A DNA stretch of 61,171 bases, counting the filler, from Sphacelaria rigidula (lineage: Eukaryota), in the NCBI GenBank assembly GCA_964200075.2. It is 6 parts of 6 records of this genome, joined end to end, with 100 filler letters (N's around TTAATTAATTAA, not from the genome) between each part and the next. Parts side by side here need not be neighbours in the genome. Positions count along the whole stretch, not along the records: positions 20,426 to 30,537 come from CAXNAA020007111.1; positions 30,638 to 40,749 come from CAXNAA020007112.1; 4 more parts are not named here. One strand, given 5' to 3'. The translations under genes and the position numbers were made by a program. The notes beneath the pieces were generated by a model. It searched no databases and was not told the DNA's origin. It saw only the letters and a program-made list of their open reading frames with translations. Positions within the stretch are counted from its first letter, which is position 1. Each line of letters opens with the position of its first letter. Below, one piece after another: positions 23,871 to 37,655 of the stretch.

Positions 23871-26800
23871 AGTCACAGTCTTGAGTGAGTAGGTTCGTGG
23901 ACGAGGCGTGGAATTTTGAGGATTTTCTTTCACTTGGAAAAGTGCGTTATTTTTTTCCGTTCGTTATTTATGCATCCAACATTCGATACAGTAAATGAGC
24001 ACGAGGCTGATCACGGGAAAAAATAAATAGAATCATCCCACCGCAGAGGCTTTGCCTCGACCGGTTTTTGAACTTCATGACGTGGAAGTTCAAATTGAAA
24101 TTCGACTACAGTAATAGTGGGCACTCGTTGTTGGTATGGAGGCCCCAACAGTGGGTTTTTCGTCACGCAAAAGTCTGCAGTCAATGAATCGACTTGAGCA
24201 CCATGCGGTCAAATCTTCCGAAATGTGTTCGTATGTTTGGAGTTGTGGACTCAATAGCACAGGTGACTTGACCTCGTGGTGGTAGTGCTAGCTCTCATTC
24301 AGCACCTATTCCAAAGGATTTGCACGCGCTAACTCCGAATACGGAAAACGCAAGTCGTCATTCCCATACCAATATCAGGAACTATTTGAAAGCCCACAAT
24401 GGATAGGCGTCATGCGAGTCATTCATGAAGTGACTCATGACTCCAATTGCACGAAAAAAACACGCCTTAGCCGTCAAGGATATGTGCCAGCGTTTGCGTG
24501 AATGAGGGCACGACAGTGTTGCGCCAGAATAAAATAAAAACGTAAAATTTGTGCGGATTTTCGCGTACAAAAGTCATCGTATAAAGTATCAGCTTAGAGC
24601 ATCCCCAAAGTACGTATACTTCACACGAGTCAGGATCTCCTTTGGAAGGACCTATGGCCCAGCACGCGGCATATCTGAAAAAGCTATGTTATGTACAGCG
24701 CCTGAAAACGCGATTATGTCCCGCGTTCGGTGGTGTGCATGGTGTTGCTCGGTACGGATGCCTTGCGGACCCCATGGTACGCCGATACTTGGTGGCCGCG
24801 GTACGGGTGCCCGCCTGTCACCACGCCCAGGGTGTAGTATATGGAGTGTGCAATTCGTCTGAAAAAGAAGTATCTCAGCTGCTTTCAGCACAAGTGAGAA
24901 CGGCATGATCGTTTGTATGCATGCCTAGCGGTGCAGCTGGTGGCTTTTCAAGTGTAAAACTCTGCCTCGACCACTATAAAGTGCAGTATGATTACTGATG
25001 TAATGTAATAGTTGTACTGGCTGTACTGAATTTGACAGTACCGTAGTACTGCGTAACCGCATCTGATATGCGGCGTAACCAGGGCGTAGCCGAATCTCGT
25101 GTTTATTTGGATACTTTCCTGTGGTATACTCCCAATTTTCAGAGCAACTGTCGTTGTGGACTTCTCGCCTGCGACTTCGCGTTCCATCGTGCAACTTTGC
25201 GCACGAGTCGGAAACAATACAGGCAACGAATGTACCGAGCGCCCGCACGATTGGGCCCCGTACAATTTACTCACATGGCCACAAGCAATTTCGGGGAATG
25301 CCGTCGATGCGCCCTCAAAGCGGCTATCCCGCAGTCTACACTTCGTGCACTAGAAATGAATGCATATATGCATGCGCAAGTCCACCAACTTCGACATCCT
25401 GGGCGGCCGGGCGGCCAATATTGTAGCTAAGTTAACACCAGTCTGTGCTGCGGCCCTTCCTGGATCATGGCCATCGGTGGTGTACCGATCGGAATATTGT
25501 CTGTAGAAGTGCGCAGTTTATGACGCACGCCCCTACGCGCGCTATAGATGTTGAAGGGTGCTGTAACTTCGGTCATATGTAATGAGGACAGCAGTCAACA
25601 GTTCCACATCACTACCGCTGGTGCTGCGCGTTGCAGCAGTGCGCACAAAGGGGGAAAAGCGGTCAAATTCTGTTCCGATTTTTTCAATCGTTTGGCGAAA
25701 CACTGGAAAGTTTTCGCCCCGGTTTTGTCGGCAAAAAAAAGTGAGGGTGACTATTGAACAACCCACGCTTGGCAACCATTTCATGTTCCCTTTCGCGTGA
25801 TGGTCGTTTTGTTCCTCTGTTCTCATCAAAATTTATCAACTTTTTTGTTTTTGTTTTTTTCATGAGAACGGAGGAACACTTTGATGAGAATGTCGGAGGG
25901 AACGTGACATGGTTGCCACGCGTGGTCGTTCGTCATTTTGCAAGGAAGGATACGTATGCAGCCTCAAGTCCCTTTTCTGTCGCTGTGTTTATGATTACCA
26001 TGATCTCCCTCTCATTTTTTTACCGGCAAGAGGGGGCCTTTGCTCTGCACTTGAGTGTCGAACGTTCCTTGAGCGATTTGTCACTCGTTGAACGTCTCTT
26101 AATTGAAGTTCGAAACGACTTCTGATGGTTGGACTTCTGGGAGATGACCCTACCTCGACCTACCCTCACCACAAGTCATTGAGGTGCTTTTTTGTAGTAG
26201 CTGCATCGCTGACTCATGCACGAAAAGAGAGCTGTCGCGATCGTTTCCAATTGCACTATGAAAATGGTGGAAAATGACATCTATCCGAGGTCCTCCTGGG
26301 ATTGTGAAGTACCCAACTCGACCTTCTGCGGCGTAAGTGGCGCGCAGACTTGGCTGCTTACCGTGAGATTTTTTCAGCCCCCATTTCTGTTCCTCCACTT
26401 TTGTGCAATAAAGAGTTTGTTTGTGACCCCAGAGGATGCACCGAGCTGAAATTTAGAATGTCAATTTCGTTTGGATAGCTCTAGTGCGCAGTCATTACCT
26501 CCTGAGTTCTTGACGCGACCCGTTCGTTGTTCGTCGGTGTTTTAGCGGCCGAGGTAAAACCCCCCGAAAAACGCGTTCCTTGCAAAACAGTTTTTTTTTT
26601 TTGTATCCTGTCGCCAAGCGTATCATACGACGAGAGCTATTCGCGTGTGATAGCGTCACATACGCACGGGCTTTGGTGTAGCGTGAATTATGTTCGATTG
26701 CGTCCCGCTGGAATACTCACCGTGGAAACTGATTCTTCGATTTTGTACATTCAGCGCTTTCGCTGTGTGACAGGATAGCATAGATATCCATTACCCCTTT

Positions 26801-27420
26801 GCGCATCTGTGATGATGGGTATGATGGGTTGAGAACACTGGCGAGAGGTGTTATGTAGCTGCAGAGACATCTAAGGTGGGCATCATATCGAGTCAAACAG
26901 GTGATCCCAACGAGGTAGTGGCGGAGTCCATGAGTGCATTCACGAGCTCGTGCTCAAAGCTTTGATCAAAGTCCAGAAGTCTCTTGCATGTGGCGCACCT
27001 GAATCTGCCGGCAAATAGCGTAGACAATCGTGCACCCGTCGAATACTCGTGCGATTTTTTTTTCCAATAATTTTTTCATGGCGGGTATACGGACTTTGCC
27101 TCTGGAATAATATATCGCTGGGTGATCGGGAGGACGCGGTTGTGTTATCCGTTGTTCCCAGCGTCAAGCGGATTAAGCTGGTATGGCACACCTAGTCTCA
27201 CATTCTCGCGGCCACAAAAGAAGCTTGAGGTGAAAAGTGATTGGTTGCTGTTCTCCTTGATGGAAGTAGTTTTTTTAAGCACAAAACTGCTTTTGTACAC
27301 CCGTTAGACACGGGACCCCCAGAAAAGGGACTTCAAAATTGGCCCCCTATGTCAAGAGAGGGATTCGTTTTCACCCGGACGTTCACTTACTTTCAACCTC
27401 CATGAAGACACAATGTGTGT

Positions 27421-27764
27421 GTGTTGTCCCATTTATTCTGGGCGCCAGTCCACACCTTTCGGTATATGTGGGCGCATCAACCGGAGTCACACAGGAGGAA
27501 GGTCAGCACAGGAGCTTTTTCTTTTTTGTTTTTAGTGCCCCACCTTCCTTCTGCGGTGCTTGCCTTTATTTTTTATCGCGGGAGGGGTTCAGCAGTCCCT
27601 TTCCCTCGTCAACCGTTAAGTCAAACTTTGTGTACCCATGACATAGTCGCTCTCCACTGTTGAGCATGGTGAGAAAATATTCCAGATCACTCCGGGAATC
27701 GAACCCCCACTCAACCATCAGAAGGTTACGAGGTTACCAACTGAGCCACCGGGGCGACCGGGCT
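27421..27764 (-). mobile_element. Full-length tRNA-derived SINE with 10-bp TSD
   Basis: Minus-strand A box GTGGCTCAGTTGG (27737-27749) and B box GGTTCGATTCC (27695-27705); (CA)n tail; TSD CAATGTGTGT at 27411-27420 and 27765-27774. Confidence 0.9.
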
Positions 27765-29154
27765 CAATGTGTGTTATTTTCAAGAGTATCGCTGCATTCC
27801 TCTCGTTTACTGTCAATTCTGGGGTTCACGCGATGGCTTTTTACCCATGTTCGCTTTAAGTTTATTGCGAGGTTTGTTGATTTGTGCTGTGTGTTGATTT
27901 CAGTATGGTTCTCGCATCAGCGAAATACGTATTCCTCTTCTGCCCCTTCTCCCCCACCCACCAAATAGTCCTGCTGAACCGTCATGCTCGTGATATTGTT
28001 CCGAGAATCGGTCTCGCTTCCTGAGAGGTTGGCTTCGATCAGTGTATTGTATTGTGAGAGGAGCAAAGAAAGCGTTCTCGCGCGGGGTACATGGGTGATT
28101 CTCGGGGTCCACGCTTTCGAAGTACTTGGTTCAGTTCCTGTCTTGACAAGTGCATCATTATGCTTGTGTTATTCATGTCTCTTTTCATTACTGCTACTAG
28201 CGTACTTTTCTTTTTATCTACGGAGTATTTTTTCCCTCCCATCACACGTTTATCTCTTCCCCCTCCCTTCTTTTCCTCGGAACGAGTTCGTGGTCTTGAG
28301 AAATCAACCCCCTTCCCAATATCGCGAAATGGGTCATGACATACACTCCCGCTGCCGCATTGATTCTCACCGAATGACCTCCTCGAACTACTCCACGTCC
28401 TGAACTCTGCAACGGCGGAGATCACCGATAGTTTTCAGGGGGAAACCAAGAAAAAATGTCTGGCGGGAAATGGACGCGCAGTATTTCCGACCTCATGCTT
28501 TAAGTTGTACCGTTGCCATTTGACCACCGGGGTGCAGTAGCACACGAATGCTTGGCATGTTGAGTTAGAAGTCCACGAGTAGTCCAGTCCCGTCAGCGTA
28601 GTGCAGTACAGCGAAACAAGCATCATCCCCAAGGGTGTTTGAAGTAGGGTATTTACCCGATACCCGGGTTTTGAAAAATCATACCTGTAGTACTCAAAAT
28701 ACCGAGAGTAGTGAAATCGTACCCAATTTCTACCTCAAGTTTGGGTGGAGTACTGAAGTCAACACCGAAGTGAGACACGTGAACATCGAAGTGAAACTGC
28801 ATACCCGGGTACTACCGAGAGCACTCAACCCAATTGTGGGTAGAGTATTGAGATATTACCCGACTGTACCCATTTTTATGGGTATAGTATCTAAAGTCGT
28901 ACCCAATCTACCCAAAGCTTTCGTAGAGCCAATACCTGGGTACCCAAGAGTACACACGCTACATGACATACCCCGGAAAGCATTACACATACCCACCACC
29001 ACCTACCCCTTTGCAGGATGAGGGGTAGGTATAACCAGAGTAATGAACCTCCCCCCCCTCCCCTTCAACCCTCTCGTTGTTGTGGTGAGGAGTACTTGGA
29101 TAAACGTGGGGTTCAAGCCGGACTTCGTGAGGCTCGTGAGGGTAGGTATAAAGT

Positions 29155-29686
29155 AGTGGGCGGTCTAACTATTCACCTTGTTGCAGTTTGTGATTTTTTT
29201 TTTTTTGTAATTGACGATTTTCTCGGGCGCCGATATCACATTGGGGATCTGAAGAAATTTGTATCCGCTAGATATCCAAAGAAAAATAATCCAACTGTAC
29301 TCAATATTGAGTGACTTACGGGCTGACCGACCGGTCATCGGAGGTCCTGCGACGCTCAGCCCAGATTATTACTCCTTGGTATTTTTGATCGACCGAGCCT
29401 GTCCCGATCATATTTTTGAGAAGAACACTTTTATTTTTTTATAATACTACCTATTCGTTGCGCTAGAGCCGAAACACGGTGTTTCACGGTCAATAACATC
29501 CTCCGGATGAACCCCGTGTTTACCAGTATTGCCCGATAACGTCAACGAACATTGACTTGGTTACTGTTTTTCGAGGATGATCTGTTCATTGTATCAAAAT
29601 CTACCGACCCTAGCAATTTTGAGTTCCAAGGAAGAGTAGTACGCGAAGAAAACCCCCAAACACCCCTGAATAGTTAGACCGCCCCG
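29155..29686. mobile_element. Tc1/mariner-type MITE family D, copy 1 (copy 2 inverted at 41162-41704)
   Basis: TIR GGGCGGTCTAACTATTCA at both ends; internal AGTGACTTACGGGCTGA block shared with 41162-41704. Confidence 0.85.
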
Positions 29687-29803
29687 TACGGGGTAGTCAA
29701 GTATGATGTCTTGAAGAAAATGACAAAAAGGCGAGGTTGTGCATCCCTCGACTCGTCATTTATTTATTCGAATGATATTCGAATTATTACAGTGCGCCTT
29801 TAA

Positions 29804-30113
29804 CCCTTTTGGGACCGGACCCCCACTAACACAGGGTTGACCCTGTGTTGGTGAAGTAATAAAAAATATGTCTTGGAGCGACCTGCCCAATCACGGCGAG
29901 GCGAAATTTATCGACCAGACCCGAACGATGAGCGCGGGGACTGTTGTTGAGTGTAATGCCACTGCAAAGATCGTGTGGGGGCCCCATCCCTGGCCCAGAT
30001 AAGCCTCCCCATGTTTCTAAGTGCAGGGTGGTCGCAGCTTGGTTTTATGGTGTTACTTGCTCTCAGTATACCGTTCCCGAGTTTTTCCGGAGTATTTTTT
30101 CGGTCCCAATTCT
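29804..30113. mobile_element. piggyBac-like terminus/MITE; matching terminus in contig 5 at 40902-40920
   Basis: TTAA|CCCTTTTGGGACCGG at 29800-29818, and its exact reverse complement CCGGTCCCAAAAGGG|TTAA at 40902-40920. The right end here (CGGTCCCAA near 30101) is degenerate. Confidence 0.55.
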
Positions 30114-30898
30114 ATACTAAAACGTAGTAATTTACACACAGGGTGAACCGGAAAAAACCGGGAACGAGTGCACATGCCACCATGTGGTCATTTTCACGAG
30201 GCACAAAATCCAGGTGGGCTGTGGTGAGACAACTGGAGCTATCGTCATGAATTCTGCGTATCCCTCTGCCGATGACTTGCAGAGTGCAGTCCACATGTAT
30301 GTAGTGGACGGGGATGATGAAGCTGATAATAGGCAGCTGATTTCGGTAGTTGAGAATTGTCGAGAACGTGCAAGGGAGTATGCAGCGGCAGCTGCTGCTT
30401 CAGTCGGAGAGAAGTACTATACTGTACTGTACTATACTGTTGTATGGATGCGCGCCGCAACGCTGATACCCTTCGAAGATAATATTTGCCGCATGCAACA
30501 AGGGGGGAAATGGCGGCCCACCCCGACCACAAAGGGCNNNNNNNNNNNNNNNNNNNNNNNNNNNNNNNNNNNNNNNNNNNNTTAATTAATTAANNNNNNN
30601 NNNNNNNNNNNNNNNNNNNNNNNNNNNNNNNNNNNNNCCCCTCCCCCACCCCCCCCCCCCCCCCCCCCTCCCCCTCGCCCGCCGCCGAATAAGGTACAAC
30701 AATCAGTACGTGCTCTCGTACAGTACGACCACGATTGTACAATATTTCATACATTACCTAACCTTTGAAAGCATCATCCTCCAGGAGTCCGGGAAAAATA
30801 GGAAATTGACGTCGAAGAAATTCGCCATTGCGCGTGCGCGGGAATGAAGAAATTGGCATCAAGAATTGTGCCTGGCTCGGCGATCAGAATGAGAAAAC

Positions 30899-33800
30899 AT
30901 GCCTCGCCCCGCATTACCCATCGTTCATAGAGAGAAGGGTCACTTGAGGAAGGACTACCTGGCTCGTGTCATCGCTAATCCTACCCAGACCGGAATTTCC
31001 GAGGATGCCGAGGTTAAGAACGGTGAGAGGTCTAGTTTGGTGTTGCTCTCTCAAACCAGCTCGAACAACTCGAGTGATCTGACGTGTCTGGTAGCATCTT
31101 GCGATGCCATGCTGCGTGAGTGCTTGTTCAGTGATGATGCTGTTCGTGAATTATCTTCTCTTGTAAGGAAGGATTGGTGTGTCGAAGATTGGTATGCAGA
31201 CACGGGTACTACTTTCCACATGACTGATTCTCTCTCTTGTATGAAGGATGTAGAGCCTTGCCACTAGAACGTACATGGGATTGATGGCGCGACTTGTGAG
31301 GTAGCACTCTCTGGAACACTGGAGTTGGTGCTTGTGACTGCTGACAGCGATTTTTCCATAGAGTTGCAGAACGTGTTGTACTCTCCCAACTTAGGGTATC
31401 ACCTCTTTTCCCCCAGCGCAGAGTTTGATGGCAAGTCATGGAATGGTATTTGTGGTCCTGATGGTGTGATGACTGCGTATGACGGACATGTTACTTTTCA
31501 GAACTTCGATGGCATGCTAATTGCGACTGCGCATCGTCTGGGAGATGACTCTGTTGGTTCGGTGTTGGCTGCCCTCACTCCTTCAAGCCCCAAGCATGAA
31601 ACGAAGATGGATGTGAACGAGTCCCATAACATTTGAGCTGATTCACACGAGGGATTACTCCGTACTACTGCAAAACGACTAGGTACCGAGTTGACCGGTG
31701 ACATGCATGCTTGTACGGGATGTTCGATGTCGAAGGCTATTGGGAAAGGAGTTGCTCATGAAACTAAACGTAAATCGGATAAAACGTTGGGCAGAGGTTT
31801 TGTTGCCCTGGGAGGGAGGAAGGACGTTGCGTCCGTAGGGGGTAAACACTACCCCATGATTGTGAAGGATGATTTCACAAGGTGTGCATGGATGTATTTC
31901 CTGAGAAGTAAATCACACGCTGGGAGTGCTTTCCGAAGTTTTCTTGTTAGTGTGCGTGCTGATGGAATCCCATCATTGGATGATATTGCTATATCTGACA
32001 ATGGAGAGGAGTTTTCGGGGGGGAGTTTGCATCCGTATGCAATAAGCTTTTGATCAAACAAGAGTTCACTCCGGCTTACAGTCCCCAATACTACGGTCTT
32101 GCAGAGCGTAGATTGGGATTGATTGAGGAGGCCGCTATGTCGGCTCGTGTTCAGGCGAAAGTTCTGTTTGAACATGAGCAGTTATCTAAGACTGACAGAC
32201 TCTGAGCTGAGGCAATGGATTAGACTTGCGAGGCACTTAACACACAGCGTGCTCTACTAACCCTGACTCTAAGTCGCCGTATGAGATGTGGTATGGGGAA
32301 CCTCGTCCTGCTAGACCATATCCGTTGAAGCTGCGGGTGGCAGCGACGGTCTGAACTGCTACCGAAAGGTGAGAATTGCTTTTATGCCGGGTCTTCGAGA
32401 GACCACCCGCGTGATTGTCATAGAGTCCCTACGAGGGCTGGGACTATTCAGGAAACGAGAGATGTGACGTGAGAGACGTTGCCGTCACAGCTCCCTTCAC
32501 CGCAACCTCCTCTGCCGATTGACATCGCGGAAGAGGGAAGGGAGGAAAGTGACGGTGATGTAGAAGCTGAAGTATGGCCGCTTGCAGGAAGGGGAATTCA
32601 ACACATTCGTATTCGTGTGAATCGTGATGCAGTGTTACCCTATGGTGCAGGAATCGATGAGGGTGGCAGTGTTGATGCAGGCAGTGTAGGCCAGTCCCCT
32701 TCTGTTCCATCTTCCCTCTCTGCGACGTCTTCGCCCGTGAAAAACTCCTCGCGTAGAGCGGCTCCCTCTGTGCCTTCTCCAGCACTTGGGATAGACGGGG
32801 GGGGGCACGGAGGGCGGGAGACAGGGCAAGTAGAGACGGCGGATCCGGGAGGGGAGGATGAGGTAAGGTCGATTGGGTCGGGAGGGCATGGTGATGTAGA
32901 GTCGATTGGGCCGGGAGAGCAGGAAGTAGAGGCGGAGGCACCTCCTCCAGCCGCTCGTCGTCCGCGGCATGTCGCTGAGGTTGCTAACTTTTATACTGTT
33001 GGGCGTGAGAATGATGAAGTAAGAGAAGGTAGAACTCGCGCGCAAGCTCGTGCAGTAAATCAGCAGAGCGTGTCTGGCCTTGTGACCACCCTAGGACCCA
33101 TCTCCGCATCAGAAATAATGTATGCACTCTTAGCGGAACAAAGAGCAGGTGACGCCGTGGAATTGCCGAAATAACTCGTTCAGAATGTTAAGTCAGAGCC
33201 TGGTAGCTATCAAGAAGCCCGGCAATCGAAGCACGCAAAGATTTGGGATGGAGACATGTCTGTAGAATTTGAAGGCTTGATAAGAGCAGTAACGTTCACG
33301 TTAGCAGTAAAGATCCCAGTAGGCTGTAATGTGATTAATGCTAGATGGGTTTCAAATAAAAAGTGGACGAAACACGGAAGATAGTGAAGGCCAAGGCCAG
33401 GTTTGTAGCGAAGGGCTTCAAGCAGAAGTATGGTGTGGATTATCTCGAGAATTTTTTGCCTACTGCAAATACTGCATCGATGCGATTGCTAGTAGCAGTG
33501 GCGTGCAAGTACAACTTGGAATTACTCCACTGGGATATTGAGCAAGCGTTGATTCAGTCGGAATTGGATCACGAGGTGTTCATGAAGTTGCCTCCTGGCT
33601 GCGGTTCGATGTCAGGAAAGGTTGTCCGTTTGAACAAGAATTTGTACGAATTGAAGCAGGCATCTAGAACATTTTACAAGAGGCTAGTGTCGGACCCGAA
33701 AAGCATTGGTGTCCAGCCGCCTCTGTCTGACCCCTGTGTCCTGCGTTTCATGATGAGAGACGAGGTGGTGGGTATGGTCGCGATTCACGTGGATGACATT

Positions 33801-35157
33801 CTGTATGCAGGAACTAAGAGTCTTGCCAAGGTGGTAGTGAAGTCGCTAGGCGACTCTCTTCCCACAAAGAATTCGGTGAGGTCAAGTTCTCTCTTGGCTG
33901 CGCATTTATTCGCGACCGCGAGGCTGGCACGATTGAGATTTCTCAAGAAAGTTACATCAGGAGTGTTCTCGAGAGATTCAATATTTGTCGCACCAGCTCG
34001 ATCCCTGCTTCCCTCGCCAACGACAACTGGTCCTTGATAGAGGATTAGGGGGCAGGAGATGTGCCGTTCTGAGAGGTGGTGAGGAGCCTGATGTGGATCG
34101 CCAACCAGACAAGGTCCAACATCTCGAATGCTGTGCGGGCGGTGGCGAGGCACTCTCACGAGCCAAAGAGGAGCCATTGGAAGGCAGGCCAGAAGATTCT
34201 GAATTATCTTCTGGAAACGGCGCATCTAACTCGGAAGTTCAAGCAGGACGGTACGCTAGATGTAGGCACGTTGGTGTACGTAGATACCGACTTTGCAAGC
34301 AAGGCTACTGACCGTAGATCAGTTTCGGGAGCGTTGGGTTTTGTGGCTGTCATGCTTGTACTTTGGATTTCTACGACGCGGAAATGCGTTTCACAGTCGA
34401 CTTCTGAAACAGAGTATCTTGCGATGGGTGATGGTGTGAAGGAGGCTCTGTTTGTGAACGGAATGCTTCAGTTCTTGAGACCGAGTGTGAAGCCTCGTAA
34501 GGTTGAGGTACTTGAGGACAACGAGGGTGCGATTACGCTTGCAGGGAATCCGCTTAGTTTTTCCTCAGGAATTTGACCGAGGAGGGTGTGATCGAGAACA
34601 CGCATGTTCCCAGCGAAGAACAGCATGCGGACATCCTCACGAAGGCTCTGCCGAAAGATCGTTTTAAAGTTCACCGTGATTTTGCCCTTGGCTCGGTGAA
34701 ATTTGAAGTAGAATTGGTCTGGTAGATACAACAGCCTCAAGGGAGCGTGTTCGTGATAGGGACTGTAGTATCGACTGATTTGCGTAGAACATCTGATTGG
34801 ACGATTTGAATAACAGAACTGTCGATCTATACGTTGCTGAGCTGCCACATAATTGGAGAATTGCGAGGAACGTTTGCGGTCCTTTCTGTAGCTTATGTAG
34901 GAGTACTTTTTATGGATACTGCATTAGTCTGAGCATGGCATTTGTGGTGCGGGGAACAAACCGAGGTTTTGTGGTACGTGAGGAAGTGCGTTGGTCCGAG
35001 TTCCGTTGCTGGGACCATGTGGTTTCTGGAGGCTCTGGGATGTAGATGACGCGAGCTCGCCTACCGTGCTCACTCCACTCTCCCGACCCGTCTCTCCGGA
35101 CCAAGGTCTCAAAAAAATAATGCATCTTTTTCTCCAGAAGTAATGAGTTTACCAACA
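30899..35157 (+). mobile_element. Decayed Ty1/copia LTR retrotransposon (protease-integrase-RT-RNase H, 3' LTR); gag and 5' LTR missing
   Basis: WYADTGTTFHMT (protease); CTGCSMSK and IVKDDFTR..SDNGEEF (integrase); KAKARFVAKGFKQKYGVDY, WDIEQA, LYELKQA, IHVDDIL (RVT_2); YVDTDFA..DRRSVSG, STSETEY, EDNEGAI, QHADILTK (RNase H). Copia domain order, with many stops, frameshifts and deletions. Confidence 0.95.
34748..35157 (+). repeat. Putative 3' LTR of the copia element
   Basis: Purine tract AAGGGAGCG immediately before TGTT at 34748; candidate end TTTACCAACA at 35157. No second LTR is available to confirm the end. Confidence 0.6.
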
Positions 35158-35174
35158 GACACTGCTCCCGCGTG

Positions 35175-35640
35175 CTTAGCTTTGCACCCCACGATGGCTT
35201 GAACGGTCGCCACAGACTGCGTGGGAGTATCGCAGCTGCTGTGGTGGCGATACAAGGCACGTGGGACGAGCACTGATATATATTCCACTCGCTAGACTTG
35301 GACATACCAAAGCTCATGACGTTCAACTCCGGGTGGCGGTATCGTTTGGCACTGTGTGTAGCAGGCGCGTTTTTGTCCTCCACGACACCGTTTGCACCGC
35401 ACGATGGCTTGAACGATGGCTACGAACTGTGTGAGCCGAGCGCCGAAAGGTATCCCACTCGCTGGAGGTGAACATGAGCTATGTCCAGATCGCGACTTGA
35501 ACATAGTAGCCTATGTCCACCTCCACTCGGGCGGCGGTATTTTTTTGGCACTGTGCAGAAGGCGCGTTCCTCGTCCGCTACGAGGCTGTGTGCACCGTGG
35601 GATGGCTTGAACGGTGGCTGCGGACTGTGTGGGTGTGTTC
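35175..35640. repeat. Degenerate ~200-bp tandem repeat, about 2.3 units
   Basis: TGCACC..GATGGCTTGAACG recurs near 35183, 35393 and 35591; ACTC(C/G)GG(T/C)GGCGGTAT..TTTGGCACTGTG recurs twice. Confidence 0.7.
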
Positions 35641-36129
35641 CGGGTGTTTTGGTGTCGATGCAAGACACATGAGACGATCGCGGGCGGGTAGTCAAATCCC
35701 AGCTGGAGATAGTAATAACTATTTCAAAGTCGCGACTCGAAAATAACATGACCCCAAAAAATACCAAGACCCAACTCCACACTCCTCGTGTACCGCACCA
35801 GCGATGATTTCAACAGCGTTAGAACGCCTCTTTTTCGATCCCTGTCACACAAGTTGCTACATCCAGCGCACTCACGAATGACGTGTGTGACCGTATGCTC
35901 TCTAGAATGCGGCTTTCTTGTTGCGCGAGTGTTCAGTAGGAACTGTGTTGAAATATCCGAACGTCGGCTTTAGTCAATCACCGTGACTCCCCTGCAATCC
36001 CGTGTCCTCCACCGCCACCCCCGACTGTTTTTGTTTCTTGCAGTTTCGTGCACAGAACGACATGCGAGACTCCCTCCTTCAACTCCGAGGTGCAATGGAC
36101 GTAGAAGAGCACGCGGCTGGCAGTTTATA

Positions 36130-37228
36130 CTTCCTCCGCCCCGTAAGTCTGGGGAGTTATGTTTGTACTAGCCCTTAACGGTGCCGGATGTCTTCGGCGA
36201 TGATGTTTTTGAAATCTTGAGCGTTTTTCGGGTTGAAACACATTTTTGTTTTTCTTGCGCACTACCCCGCATGTGCTAGCGGCTAACAAAAAATTAGTCA
36301 GGCCAAAAATGGCCGTATTATGACCACTTCCCACTGGTGGCACTATAAATATACAATTCTAAAAACCCCCAAGAATTATCCCCAACCCTAAACCTAACCC
36401 CTCTCTACTCTACGATCTATGTCGCATCACCCCTATACTAAAACCAGTATAATAGTGACCCCACACTAAAAAAATACATTTGGGGGTCCCACACTAAAAC
36501 CAAGACACTTAGGGGGCAAACCAAATAACAGAAGCCCCCCCCTCTACTCAACGCTCCAACTCAACGATCCATGTCGCATCCCCCATACTAAAACCAGTAT
36601 AACAGTGAACCCACACTAAAACCTAGACACTTGGGGGTCTCACACTAAAACCAAGACACTTGGGGGGCAAACCAAACAACAGTAGCCCCCCCCTCTACTC
36701 AACGCTCCAACTCAACGATCCATGTCGCATCCCCCACATTAAACCAGTAAACTTGGGGGTTCTACACTAAAACCAATACACTTGGGGTCCCAAACAATAA
36801 TCAAGACACTTGGGGGTCCCACACTAAAACTAAGACACTTGGGGGTCCCCAGGGGAAAACAAACCATTAGTTGTCCTCGCAACCTCCACCGCGATAGCAA
36901 TGCGGCGGCCCACGGATAGCTCGCCGTCCTTGTAACGGTGGGGGGGGCACTTGGGGGCAAGTCAATGGTATTGTATTGTCTGTGGGCTAGATTTAGGGGT
37001 GGTTGACACGAATCCTCAAAAAAACATCTTGAAAATGAATCTGAAAAATGGGCCAAAATGGGCATATATTGACTTGATTTTTGTATAGACAACCGTTTTT
37101 TTCTTTCTTGCATCAGCTTCGTTGAGACTCCATCTTTCCAACGAAACTAACTACAGGATGATCGGAAAAGTATAAGTGCGCAACTAAATACACGCCCATA
37201 ATTCCGTAACCGTATGGGACAGAGAAAG
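36130..37228 (-). mobile_element. Stowaway-type mariner deletion derivative carrying a minisatellite; same family as 43676-45153
   Basis: TA|CTTCCTCCGCCCCGTAAGTCTGG...ATGGGACAGAGAAAG|TA. Subterminal blocks and a transposase N-terminal remnant (DLPPS..GELSVGRRIAIAVEVA at ~36870-36965, minus) match 43676-45153. Confidence 0.8.
36400..36850. repeat. Minisatellite (CCACACTAAAACCAAGACACTTGGGGGT ~30-bp units, ~150-bp higher-order period)
   Basis: Direct reading; CCCTCTACTCAACGCTCCAACTCAACGATCCATGTCGCATCCCC recurs 150 bp apart. Confidence 0.9.
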
Positions 37229-37655
37229 TATAGCTTTACGTCAAGCACTGTGTTTAAACAGGGGGTGAATGAGAAAGATCACCTCGATGAGTTCAGCCGG
37301 CTACCACATCCGACGAGACTACCCCAGCCATGCAAGTGCGGCAATTGCTGAAGGTGTACAAGCCTCGGGACTCGGAGAGGAGGGAGATGTAGACATGGAA
37401 GACGAGCGGTAGTCACAAGCGTCTATCGCTACTCTGTGTCCGGTGTCTGTTGTACCGTCATTCGTTGTATGCAGGTGCATCCGCTCAGCACCATTTTTAT
37501 TGTTGAATGGTCAAAATTCGTGTGCCACTGTTTTTCTCATTGTGTATGTTTTTTTTTTCGTAGCAGTTTTGTGATCGTGTGTTGTTCGTCTCGACACACG
37601 GGGATGAATTTGCTTCTATTTTTTTACATGGAAGGTGCGTCAATATTTCTGTTGA

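Noticed and set aside
27690-27764. tRNA gene
   Set aside because: A and B boxes are present but I see no convincing cloverleaf. It is followed by a SINE body, (CA)n tail and TSD.
35175-35640. EsV-1-7-like cysteine repeat protein
   Set aside because: FKPSxGA recurs on the minus strand, but the C..C..PSF..C..H spacing is absent and the period is about 200 bp.
36383-36400. Telomeric repeat CCCTAAA
   Set aside because: Only one to two degenerate units, internal to a transposon.
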